From: Eledone cirrhosa
Taxonomy: Eukaryota
Length of the DNA stretch: 64,000 nt
Reading direction: 5' to 3'
Assembly (NCBI GenBank): GCA_964016885.1
Contig: OZ024742.1
Location: 167,710,001 to 167,774,000 of the forward strand
Below the pieces are notes generated by a model. The model was given only the letters and a program-made list of their open reading frames with translations. It had not been told where the DNA came from and ran no database searches. Made by a program: the position numbers and the translations under genes. Positions 1-12,100 of the stretch are shown here, piece after piece. How positions within the stretch are numbered: the stretch's first letter is position 1; each line of letters opens with the position of its first letter.

Positions 1-900
1 AAAAAATCAGGGGGAGATAATTTGTAAAAACAAAATCAAGGGCAGATAATTTCCAGCTGTCCAAGGGGAGATAGTTTCCAGCCGTGCAAGGGGAGATAAT
101 TTCCAGCCGTCCAAGGGGAGATAATTTCCATACTTCCAAGGGGAGATAATTTCCAGCCGTCCAAGGGGAGATAATTTCCCGCCAGCCAAGGGAAGATAAT
201 TTGTAAAAAAATCAGGGGGAGATAATTTGTAAAAAAAAAATCAGGGGGAGATAATTTGTAAAAAAAAATCAGGGGGAGATAATTTGTAAAAAAAAAATCA
301 GGGGTAGATAATTTGTAAAAAAAATCAGGGCTAGATAATTTGTAAAAAAAAATCAGGGGGAGATAATTTGTAAAAAAAAATCAGGGGGAGATAATTTGTA
401 AAAAAATCAAGGGGAGATAATATGCAGCCGTCCAAGGGGAGATAATTTTCAGCCGTCCAAGGAGAGGTAATTTCTAGCCGTCCAAGGGGAGATAATTTCC
501 AGCCGTCCAAGGGGAGATAATTTCCAGCCGTCCAAGGGGAGATAGTTTTTTTAAAAAATCAGCCGGAGATAATTTGTAAAAAAAAAATCAGGGGGAGATA
601 ATTTGTTAAAAAAAATCAGGGGGAGATAATTTGTAAAAAAAAATCAGGGGGAGATAATTTGTAAAAAAAATCAAGGGGAGATAATTTCCAGCCGTCCAAG
701 GGAAGATAATTTCCAGCCCTCGAAGGGGCTATAATTTCCAGCGTCCAAGGGGAGATAATTTCCAGCCAGCGAAGGGGAGATAATTTTTTAAAAAAAATCA
801 TTGGGAGATTTGTAAAAAAAATCAGGGGGAGATAATTAGTAAAAAAAATCAAGGGGAGATAATTTCCAGCCGTCCAAGGGGAGGTAATATCTAGCCGTCC

Positions 901-950
901 AAGGGGAGATAATTTCCAGCCGTCCAAGGGGAGATAATTTCCAGCCGTCC
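901..950 (+). repeat. Example of canonical type A monomer, two copies of AAGGGGAGATAATTTCCAGCCGTCC (25 bp)
   Basis: Read directly: 901-925 and 926-950 are identical 25-mers. Confidence 0.97.
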
Positions 951-3053
951 AAGGGTAGATAATATCCAGCCGTCCAAGTAGACATTTTCCAGCCGTCCAA
1001 GGAGAGGTAATTTCTAGCCGTCCAAGGGGAGATAAATTCCAGCCTCCAAAGGGAGATAATTTCCAGCCAGCCAAGGGGAGATAATTTGTAAAAAAATCAG
1101 GGGGAGATAATTTGTAAAAAAAATCAGGGGGAGATAATTTGTAAACAAAAATCAGGGGGAGATAATTTGTAAAAAAAATCAGGGGGAGATAATTTGTAAA
1201 AAAAATCAGGGGGAGATAATTTGTAAAAAAAAATCAAGGGGAGATAATTTCCAGCCGTCCAAGGGGAGATAATTTTCAGCCGTCCAAGGGGAGATAATTT
1301 CCAGCCGTCCAAGGGGAGATAATTTCCATCCTTCCAAGGGGAGATAATTTCCAGCCGTCCAAGGGGAGATAATTTTCAGCCGTCCAAGGGGAGATAATTT
1401 CCCGCCAGCCAAGGGAAGATAATATTTTAAAAAATCAGGCGGAGATAATTTGTAAAAAAAATCAGGGGGAGATAATTTGTAAAAAAATTAGGGGGAGATA
1501 ATTTGTAAAAAAAAAATCAGGGGGAGATAATTTGTAAAAAAAATCAGGGGGAGATAATTTGTAAAAAAAAATCAGGGGTAGATAATTTGTAAAAAAAAAT
1601 CAGGGGGAGATAATTTGTAAAAAAAAAATCAGGGGGAGATAATTTGTAAAAAAAATCAAGGGGAGATAATTTCCAGCCGTCCAAGGAGAGATAATTTTTT
1701 AAAAAAATCAGGCGGAGATAATTTGTAAAAAAAAATCAAGGGGAGATAATTTGTAAAAAAAAATCAAGGGGAGATAATTTGTAAAAAAAATCAAGGGGAG
1801 ATAATTTCCAGCCGTCCAAGGGAAGATAATTTCCAGCACTCCAAGGGGCTATAATTTCCAGTGTCCAAGGGGAGATAATTTCCAGCCAGCGAAGGGGAGA
1901 TAATTTTTTTAAAAAAATCAGGGGGAGATATGTAAAAAAAATCAGAGGGAGATAATTTCTAAAAAAAATCAAAGGGAGATAATTTCCAGCCGTCCAAAGA
2001 GAGATAATTTCTAGCCGTCCAAGGGGAGATAATTTCCAGCCAAGGGGAGATAATTTCCAGCCGTCCAAGGGGAGATAATTATTTAAAAAATCAGGTGGAG
2101 ATAATTTGTAAAAAAAATCAGGGGGAGATAATTTGTAAAAACAAAATCAAGGGCAGATAATTTCCAGCTGTCCAAGGGGAGATAATTTCCAGCCGTGCAA
2201 GGGGAGATAATTTCCAGCCGTCCAAGGGGAGATAATTTCCATCCTTCCAAGGGGAGATAATGTCCAGCCGTCCAAGGGGAGATAATTTCCCGCCAGCCAA
2301 GGGAAGATAATTTTTAAAAAAATCAGGCGGAGATTGTAAAAAAAATCAGGGGGAGATAATTTGTAAAAAAAAAATCAGGGGGAGATAATTTGTAAAAAAA
2401 ATCAGGGGTAGATAATTTGTAAAAAAAAATCAGGGGGAGATAATTTGTAAAAAAAAATCAGGGGGAGATAATTTCTAAAAAAATCAAGGGGAGATAATAT
2501 GCAGCCGTCCAAGGGGAGATAATTTTCAGCCGTCCAAGGAGAGGTAATTTCTAGCCGTCCAAGGGGAGATAATTTCCAGCCGTCCAAGGGGAGATAATTT
2601 CCAGCCGTCCAAGGGGAGATAGTTTTTTTAAAAAAATCATGCGGAGATAATTTGTAAAAAAAAAAATCAGGGGGAGATAATTTGTAAAAAAAATCAGGGG
2701 GAGATAATTTGTGAAAAAAAAATCAGGGGGAGATAATTTGTAAAAAAAATCAGGGGGAGATAATTAGTAAAAAAAATCAAGGGGAGATAATTTCCAGCCG
2801 TCCAAGGGGAGGTAATATCTAGCCGTCCAAGGGGAGATAATTTCCAGCCGTCCAAGGGGAGATAATTTCCAGCCGTCCAAGGGTAGATAATATCCAGCCG
2901 TCCAAGTAGACATATTTTCCAGCCGTCCAAGGAGAGGTAATTTCTAGCCGTCCAAGGGGAGATAAATTCCAGCCTCCAAGGGGAGATAATTTCCAGCCAG
3001 CCAAGGGGAGATAATTTGTAAAAAAATCAGGGGAGATAATTTGTAAAAAAAAT

Positions 3054-3248
3054 CAGGGGGAGATAATTTGTAAAAAAAAATCAGGGGGAGATAATTTGTA
3101 AAAAAAAATCAGGGGGAGATAATTTGTAAAAAAAATCAGGGGGAGATAATTTGTAAAAAAAAATCAGGGGGAGATAATTTGTAAAAAAAAATCAGGTGGA
3201 GATAATTTGTAAAAAAAAATCAGGGGGAGATAATTTGTAAAAAAAATC
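3054..3248 (+). repeat. Example block of type B monomers AGGGGGAGATAATTTGT-A(8-9)-TC (27-28 bp)
   Basis: Consecutive B units differ mainly in A-tract length, with one AGGTGG variant at ~3194. Confidence 0.95.
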
Positions 3249-6200
3249 AAGGGGAGATAATTTCCAGCCGTCCAAGGGGAGATAATTTCCAGCCGTCCAA
3301 GGGGAGGTAATATCTAGCCGTCCAAGGGGAGATAATTTCCAGCCGTCCAAGAGGAGATAATTTCCAGCCGTCCAAGGGTAGATAATATCCAGCCGTCCAA
3401 GGAGACATATTTTCCAGCCGTCCAAGGAGAGGTAATTTCTAGCCGTCCAAGGGGAGATAAATTCCAGCCTCCAAGGGGAGATAATTTGTAAAAAATCAGG
3501 GGGAGATAATTTGTAAAAAAAATCAGGGGGAGATAATTTGTAAAAAAAAATCAGGGGGAGATAATTTGTAAAAAAAATCAGGGGGAGATAATTTGTAAAA
3601 AAAAATCAAGGGGAGATAATTTCCAGCCGTCCAAGGGGAGATAATTTTCAGCCGCCCAAGGGGAGATAATTTCCCGCCAGCCAAGGGAAGATAATATTTA
3701 AAAAATCAGGCGGAGATAATTTGTAAAAAAAATCAGGGGGAGATAATTTGTAAAAAAATCAGGGGGGGATAATTTGTAAAAAAAAAATCAGGGGGAGATA
3801 ATTTGTAAAAAAAATCAGGGGGAGATGATTTGTAAAAAAAATCAGGGGTAGATAATTTGTAAAAAAAATCAGGGGGAGATAATTTGTAAAAAAAAATCAG
3901 GGGGAGATAATTTGTAAAAAAAATCAAGAGGAGATAATTTCCAGCCGTCGAAGGGAAGATAGTTTCCAGCCCTCCAAGGGGCTATAATTTCCAGCGTCCA
4001 AGGGGAGATAATTTCCAGCCAGCGAAGGGGAGATAATTTTTTTAAAAAAATCATTGGGAGATTTGTAAAAAAAATCAGGGGGAGATAATTGGTAAAAAAA
4101 ATCAAGGGGAGATAATTTCCAGCCGTCCAAGGGGAGGTAATATCTAGCCGTCCAAGGGGAGATAATTTCCAGCCGTCCAAGGGGAGATAATTTCCAGCCG
4201 TCCAAGGGTAGATAATATCCAGCCGTCCAAGTAGACATTTTCCAGCCGTCCAAGGAGAGGTAATTTCTAGCCGTCCAAGGGGAGATAAATTCCAGCCTCC
4301 AAGGGGAGATAATTTCCAGCCAGCCAAGGGGAGATAATTTGTAAAAAAATCAGGGGGAGATAATTTGTAAAAAAAATCAGGGGGAGATATTTTGTAAAAA
4401 AAAATCAGGGGGAGATAATTTGTAAAAAAAAATCAGGGGGAGATAATTTGTAAAAAAAAATCAGGGGGAGATAATTTGTAAAAAAAATCAAGGGGAGATA
4501 ATTTCCAGCCGTCCAAGGGGAGATAATTTTCAGCCGTCCAAGGGGAGATAATTTCCCGCCAGCCAAGGGAAGATAATATTTAAAAAAATCAGGCGGAGAT
4601 AATTTGTAAAAAAAATCAGGGGGAGATAATTTGTAAAAAAATCAGGGGGAGATAATTTGTAAAAAAAAAATCAGGGGGAGATAATTTGTAAAAAAAATCA
4701 GGGGGAGATAATTTGTAAAAAAAAATCAGGGGTAGATAATTTGTAAAAAAAAATCAGGGGGAGATAATTTGTAAAAAAAAATCAGGGGGAGATAATTTGT
4801 AAAAAAAATCAAGGGGAGATAATTTCCAGCCGTCCAAGGAGAGATAATTTAAAAAAAAAATCAGGCGGAGATAATTTGTAAAAAAAAATCAAGGGGAGAT
4901 AATTTGTAAAAAAAAATCAGGGGGAGATAATTTGTAAAAAAAATCAAGGGGAGATAATTTCCAGCCGTCCAAGGGAAGATAATTTCCAGCACTCCAAGGG
5001 GCTATAATTTCCAGTGTCCAAGGGGAGATAATTTCCAGCCAGCGAAGGGGAGATAATTTTTTTAAAAAAATCAGGGGGAGATATGTAAAAAAAATCAGAG
5101 GGAGATAATTTCTAAAAAAAATCAAAGGGAGATAATTTCCAGCCGTCCAAAGAGAGATAATTTCTAGCCGTCCAAGGGGAGATAATTTCCAGCCAAGGGG
5201 AGATAATATCCAGCCGTCCAAGGGGAGATAATTTTTTAAAAAATCAGGTGGAGATAATTTGTAAAAAAAATCAGGGGGAGATAATTTGTAAAAACAAAAT
5301 CAAGGGCAGATAATTTCCAGCTGTCCAAGGGGAGATAATTTCCAGCCGTGCAAGGGGAGATAATTTCCAGCCGTCCAAGGGGAGATAATTTCCATCCTTC
5401 CAAGGGGAGATAATCTCCAGCCGTCCAAGAGGAGATAATTTCCCGCCAGCCAAGGGAAGATAATTTTTAAAAAAATCAGGCGGAGATTGTAAAAAAAATC
5501 AGGGGGAGATAATTTGTAAAAAAATCAGGGGGAGATAATTTGTTAAAAAAAAATCAGGGGAGATAATTTGTAAAAAAAAATCAGGGGGAGATAATTTGTA
5601 AAAAAAAATCAGGGGGAGATAATTTGTAAAAAAAATCAGGGGTAGATAATTTGTAAAAAAAAATCAGGGGGAGATAATTTGTAAAAAAAAATCAGGGGGA
5701 GATAATTTGTAAAAAAATCAAGGGTAGATAATATGCAGCCGTCCAAGGGGAGATAATTTTCAGCCGTCCAAGGAGAGGTAATTTCTAGCCGTCCAAGGGG
5801 AGATAATTTCCAGCCGTCCAAGGGGAGATAATTTCCAGCCGTCCAAGGGGAGATAGTTTTTTTTAAAAAATCAGGGGGAGATTTGTAAAAAAAATCAGGG
5901 GGAGATAATTTGTAAAAAAAATCAAAGGGAGATAATTTCCAGCCGTCCAAAGAGAGATAATTTCTAGCCGTCCAAGGGGAGATAATTTCGAGCCAAGGGG
6001 AGATAATTTCCAGCCGTCCAAGGGGAGATAATTTTTTAAAAAATCAGGTGGAGATAATTTGTAAAAAAAATCAGGGGGAGATAATTTGTAAAAACAAAAT
6101 CAAGGGCAGATAATTTCCAGCTGTCCAAGGGGAGATAATTTCCAGCCGTGCAAGGGGAGATAATTTCCAGCCGTCCAAGGGGAGATAATTTCCCGCCAGC

Positions 6201-9112
6201 GAAGAGAAGATAATTTTTTAAAAAATCAGGCGGAGATTGTAAAAAAAATCAGGGGGAGATAATTTGTAAAAAAATCAGGGGGAGATAATTTGTAAAAAAA
6301 TCAAGGGGAGATAATTTCCAGCTGTCCAAGGGGAGGTAATATCTAGCCGTCCAAGGGGAGATAATTTCCAGCCGTCCAAGGGGAGATAATTTCCAGCCGT
6401 CCAAGTGTAGATAATATCCAGCCGTCCAAGGAGACATATTTTCCAGTCCTCCAAGGAGAGGTAATTTCTAGCCGTCCAAGTGGAGATAAATTCCAGCCTC
6501 CAAGGGGAGATAATTTCCAGCCAGCCAAGGGGAGATAATTTGTAAAAAAATCAGGGGGAGATAATTTGTAAAAAAAATCAGGGGGAGATAATTTGTACAA
6601 AAAATCAGGGGTAGATAATTTGTAAAAAAAAATCAGGGGGAGATAATTTGTAAAAAGAATCAAGGGGAGATAATTTGCAGCCGTCCAAGGGGAGATAATT
6701 TCCCGCCAGCCAAGGGAAGATAATATTTAAAAAAATCAGGCGGAGATAATTTGTAAAAAAAATCAGGGGGAGATAATTTGTAAAAAAATCAGGGGGAGAT
6801 AATTTGTAAAAAAAAAATCAGGGGGAGATTTGTAAAAAAAATCAGGGGGAGATAATTTGTAAAAAAAATCAGGGGTAGATAATTTGTAAAAAAAAATCAG
6901 GGGTAGATAATTTGTAAAAAAAAATCAGGGGGAGATAATTTGTAAAAAAAATCAATTGGAGATAATTTCCAGCCGTCCAAGGGGAGATAATTTTCAGCCG
7001 TCCAAGGAGAGGTAATTTCTAGACGTCCAAGGGGAGATAATTTCCAGCCGTCCAATGGGAGATAATTTCCAGCCGTCCAAGGGGAGATAATTTTAAAAAA
7101 AAAATCAGGCGGAGATAATTTGTAAAAAAAATCTAGGGGAGATAATTTGCAGCCGTCCAAGGGGAGATAATTTCCATCCTTCCAAGGGGAGATAATTTCC
7201 AGCCGTCCAAGGGGAGATAATTTCCCGCCAGCCAAGGGAAGATAATTTTTAAAAAAATCAGGCGGAGATTGTAAAAAAAATCAGTGGGAGATAATTTGTA
7301 AAAAAATCAGGGGGAGATAATTTGTAAAAAAAAAATCAGGGGGAGACAATTTGTAAAAAAAATCAGGGGGAAATAATTTGTAAAAAAAAATCAAGGGGAG
7401 ATAATTTGTACAAAAAATCAGGGGTATATAATTTGTAAAAAAAATCAGGGGGAGATAATTTGTAAAAAAAAATCAGGGGGAGATAATTTGTAAAAAAAAT
7501 CAAGGGGAGATAATTTGCAGCCGTCCAAGGGGAGATAATTTTCAGCCGTCCAAGGAGAGGTAATTTCTAGCCGTCCAAGGTGAGATAATATCCAGCCGTC
7601 CAAGGGGAGATAATTTTTAAAAAAAAACAGGCGAAGATAATTTGTAAAAAAAAAATCAGGGGGAGATAATTTGTAAAAAAAAATCAGGGGGAGATAATTT
7701 GTAAAAAAAAATCAGGGGGAGGTAATTTGTAAAAAAAATCAAGGGGAGATAATTTCCAGCCGTCCAAGGGAAGATAATTTCCAGCCCTCCAAGGGGCTAT
7801 AATTTCCAGCGTCCAAGGGGAGATAATTTTCAGCCAGCGAAGGGGAGATAATTTTTTTTTTTTTAAATCAGGGGAACATAATTTGTAAAAAAAATCAGGG
7901 GGAGATAATTTGTAAAAAAAATCAAGGGGAGATAATTTGTAAAAAAAAAATCAGGGGGAGATAATTTGTAAAAAAAATCAGGGGGAGATAATTTGTAAAA
8001 AAAATCAAGGGGAGATAATTTGTAAAAAAAAATCAAGGGGAGATAATTTCCAGCCGTCCAAGGGGAGATAATTTTCAGCCGTCCAAGGGGAGATAATTTC
8101 CCGCCAGCCAAGGAAAGATAATATTTAAAAAAATCAGGCGGAGATAATTTGTAAAAAAAATCAGGGGGAGATAATTTGTAAAAAAATCAGGGGGAGATAA
8201 TTTGTAAAAAAAAAATCAGGGGTAGATAATTTGTAAAAAAAAATCAGGGGGAGATAATTTGTAGCCGTCCAAGGGGAGATAATTTTCAGCCGTCCAAGGA
8301 GAGGTAATTTCTAGACGTCCAAGGGGAGATAATTTCCAGCCGTCCAAGGGGAGATAATTTCCAGCCGTCCAAGGGTAGATAATATCCAGCCGTCCAAGGA
8401 GACATATTTTCCAGCTTTCCAAGGAGAGGTAATTTCTATCCGTCCAAGGGGAGATAAATTCCAGCCTCCAAGGGGAGATAATTTCCAGCCAGCCAAGGGA
8501 AGGAAATATTTAAAAAAATCAGGCGGAGATAATTTGTAAAAAAAATCAGGGGGAGATAATTTGTAAAAAAATCAGGGGGAGATAATTTGTAAAAAAAAAA
8601 TCAGGGGGAGATAATTTGTAAAAAAAAATCAGGGGTAGATGATTTGTAAAAAAAAATCAGGGGGAGATAATTTGTAAAAAAAAATCAGGGGGAGATAATT
8701 TGTAAAAAAAATCAAGGGGAGATAATTTCCAGCCGTCCAAGGAGAGATAATTTTTAAAAAAAATCAGGCGGAGATAATTTGTAAAAAAAATCAAGGGGAG
8801 ATAATTTGTAAAAAAAAATCAGGGGGAGATAATTTGTAAAAAAAATCAAGGGGAGATAATTTCCAGCCGTCCAAGGGAAGATAATTTCCAGCACTCCAAG
8901 GGGCTATAATTTCCAGTGTCCAAGGGGAGATAATTTCCAGCCAGCGAAGGGGAGATAATTTTTTTAAAAAAATCAGGGGGAGATATGTAAAAAAAATCAG
9001 AGGGAGATAATTTCCAGCCGTCCAAAGAGAGATAATTTCTAGCCGTCCAAGGGGAGAAAATTTCCAGCCAAGGGGAGATAATTTCCAGCCGTCCAAGGGG
9101 AGATAATTTTTT

Positions 9113-12100
9113 TAAAAATCAGGGGGAGATAATTTGTAAAAACAAAATCAAGGGCAGATAATTTCCAGCTGTCCAAGGGGAGATAGTTTCCAGCCGTGCA
9201 AGGGGAGATAATTTCCAGCCGTCCAAGGGGAGATAATTTCCATACTTCCAAGGGGAGATAATTTCCAGCCGTCCAAGGGGAGATAATTTCCCGCCAGCCA
9301 AGGGAAGATAATTTGTAAAAAAATCAGGGGGAGATAATTTGTAAAAAAAAAATCAGGGGGAGATAATTTGTAAAAAAAAAATCAGGGGTAGATAATTTGT
9401 AAAAAAAATCAGGGCTAGATAATTTGTAAAAAAAAATCAGGGGGAGATAATTTGTAAAAAAAAATCAGGGGGAGATAATATGCAGCCGTCCAAGGGGAGA
9501 TAATTTTCAGCCGTCCAAGGAGAGGTAATTTCTAGCCGTCCAAGGGGAGATAATTTCCAGCCGTCCAAGGGGAGATAATTTCCAGCCGTCCAAGGGGAGA
9601 TAGTTTTTTTAAAAAATCAGCCGGAGATAATTTGTAAAAAAAAAATCAGGGGGAGATAATTTGTAAAAAAAAATCAGGGGGAGATAATTTGTAAAAAAAA
9701 ATCAGGGGGAGATAATTTGTAAAAAAAATCAAGGGGAGATAATTTCCAGCCGTCCAAGGGAAGATAATTTCCAGCCCTCGAAGGGGCTATAATTTCCAGC
9801 GTCCAAGGGGAGATAATTTCCAGCCAGCGAAGGGGAGATAATTTTTTTAAAAAAATCATTGGGAGATTTGTAAAAAAAATCAGGGGGAGATAATTAGTAA
9901 AAAAAATCAAGGGGAGATAATTTCCAGCCGTCCAAGGGGAGGTAATATCTAGCCGTCCAAGGGGAGATAATTTCCAGCCGTCCAAGGGGAGATAATTTCC
10001 AGCCGTCCAAGGGTAGATAATATCCAGCCGTCCAAGTAGACATTTTCCAGCCGTCCAAGGAGAGGTAATTTCTAGCCGTCCAAGGGGAGATAAATTCCAG
10101 CCTCCAAAGGGAGATAATTTCCAGCCAGCCAAGGGGAGATAATTTGTAAAAAAATCAGGGGGAGATAATTTGTAAACAAAAATCAGGGGGAGATAATTTG
10201 TATAAAAAAATCAGGGGGAGATAATTTGTAAAAAAAATCAGGGGGAGATAATTTGTAAAAAAAATCAAGGGGAGATAATTTCCAGCCGTCCAAGGGGAGA
10301 TAATTTTCAGCCGTCCAAGGGGAGATAATTTCCAGCCGTCCAAGGGGAGATAATTTCCATCCTTCCAAGGGGAGATAATTTCCAGCCGTCCAAGGGGAGA
10401 TAATTTTCAGCCGTCCAAGGGGAGATAATTTCCCGCCAGCCAAGGGAAGATAATATTTTAAAAAATCAGGCGGAGATAATTTGTAAAAAAAATCAGGGGG
10501 AGATAATTTGTAAAAAAATCAGGGGGAGATAATTTGTAAAAAAAAAATCAGGGGGAGATAATTTGTAAAAAAAATCAGGGGGAGATAATTTGTAAAAAAA
10601 AATCAGGGGTAGATAATTTGTAAAAAAAAATCAGGGGGTGATAATTTGTAAAAAAAAAATCAGGGGGAGATAATTTGTAAAAAAAATCAAGGGGATATAA
10701 TTTCCAGCCGTCCAAGGAGAGATAATTTTTTAAAAAAATCAGGCGGAGATAATTTGTAAAAAAAAATCAAGGGGAGATAATTTGTAAAAAAAAATCAAGG
10801 GGAGATAATTTGTAAAAAAAATCAAGGGGAGATAATTTCCAGCCGTCCAAGGGAAGATAATTTCCAGCACTCCAAGGGGCTATAATTTCCAGTGTCCAAG
10901 GGGAGATAATTTCCAGCCAGCGAAGGGGAGATAATTTTTTTTTAAAAATCAGGGGGAGATATGTAAAAAAAATCAGAGGGAGATAATTTCTAAAAAAAAT
11001 CAAAGGGAGATAATTTCCAGCCGTCCAAAGAGAGATAATTTCTAGCCGTCCAAGGGGAGATAATTTCCAGCCAAGGGGAGATAATTTCCAGCCGTCCAAG
11101 GGGAGATAATTATTTAAAAAATCAGGTGGAGATAATTTGTAAAAAAAATCAGGGGGAGATAATTTGTAAAAACAAAATCAAGGGCAGATAATTTCCAGCT
11201 GTCCAAGGGGAGATAATTTCCAGCCGTGCAAGGGGAGATAATTTCCAGCCGTCCAAGGGGAGATAATTTCCATCCTTCCAAGGGGAGATAATGTCCAGCC
11301 GTCCAAGGGGAGATAATTTCCCGCCAGCCAAGGGAAGATAATTTTTAAAAAAATCAGGCGGAGATTGTAAAAAAAATCAGGGGGAGATAATTTGTAAAAA
11401 AAAAATCAGGGGGAGATAATTTGTAAAAAAAATCAGGGGTAGATAATTTGTAAAAAAAAATCAGGGGGAGATAATTTGTAAAAAAAAATCAGGGGGAGAT
11501 AATTTCTAAAAAAATCAAGGGGAGATAATATGCAGCCGTCCAAGGGGAGATAATTTTCAGCCGTCCAAGGAGAGGTAATTTCTAGCCGTCCAAGGGGAGA
11601 TAATTTCCAGCCGTCCAAGGGGAGATAATTTCCAGCCGTCCAAGGGGAGATAGTTTTTTTAAAAAAATCAGGCGGAGATAATTTGTAAAAAAAAATCAGG
11701 GGGAGATAATTTGTAAAAAAAAATCAGGGGGAGATAATTTGTGAAAAAAAAATCAGGGGGAGATAATTTGTAAAAAAAATCAGGGGGAGATAATTAGTAA
11801 AAAAAATCAAGGGGAGATAATTTCCAGCCGTCCAAGGGGAGGTAATATCTAGCCGTCCAAGGGGAGATAATTTCCAGCCGTCCAAGGGGAGATAATTTCC
11901 AGCCGTCCAAGGGTAGATAATATCCAGCCGTCCAAGTAGACATATTTTCCAGCCGTCCAAGGAGAGGTAATTTCTAGCCGTCCAAGGGGAGATAAATTCC
12001 AGCCTCCAAGGGGAGATAATTTCCAGCCAGCCAAGGGGAGATAATTTGTAAAAAAATCAGGGGAGATAATTTGTAAAAAAAATCAGGGGGAGATAATTTG

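Larger units (their letters stand above)
1..9112 (+). repeat. ~9-kb higher-order repeat, copy 1
   Basis: The marker cassette with the rare variants GATAGTTTCC and CCATACTTCC (ORF 7..189) recurs at 9119, 14832 and 23777. The downstream variant order is collinear between copies. Confidence 0.88.

Noticed and set aside
178-192. Short motif matches: TTGGC on the minus strand (C. elegans pairing-centre core), AGGGG (yeast STRE), SYGGRG (CreA/Mig1) and an NF-kB-like GGG...TTTCC
   Set aside because: Matches of 5-6 bp are expected by chance, the host is unknown, and the spacing does not fit the 10-bp kB consensus.
190-410. Poly-A tracts as retroposon tails, or T-runs as intrinsic terminators
   Set aside because: The tracts are fixed parts of the B monomer. 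There are no target-site duplications, element bodies, upstream genes or GC hairpins.
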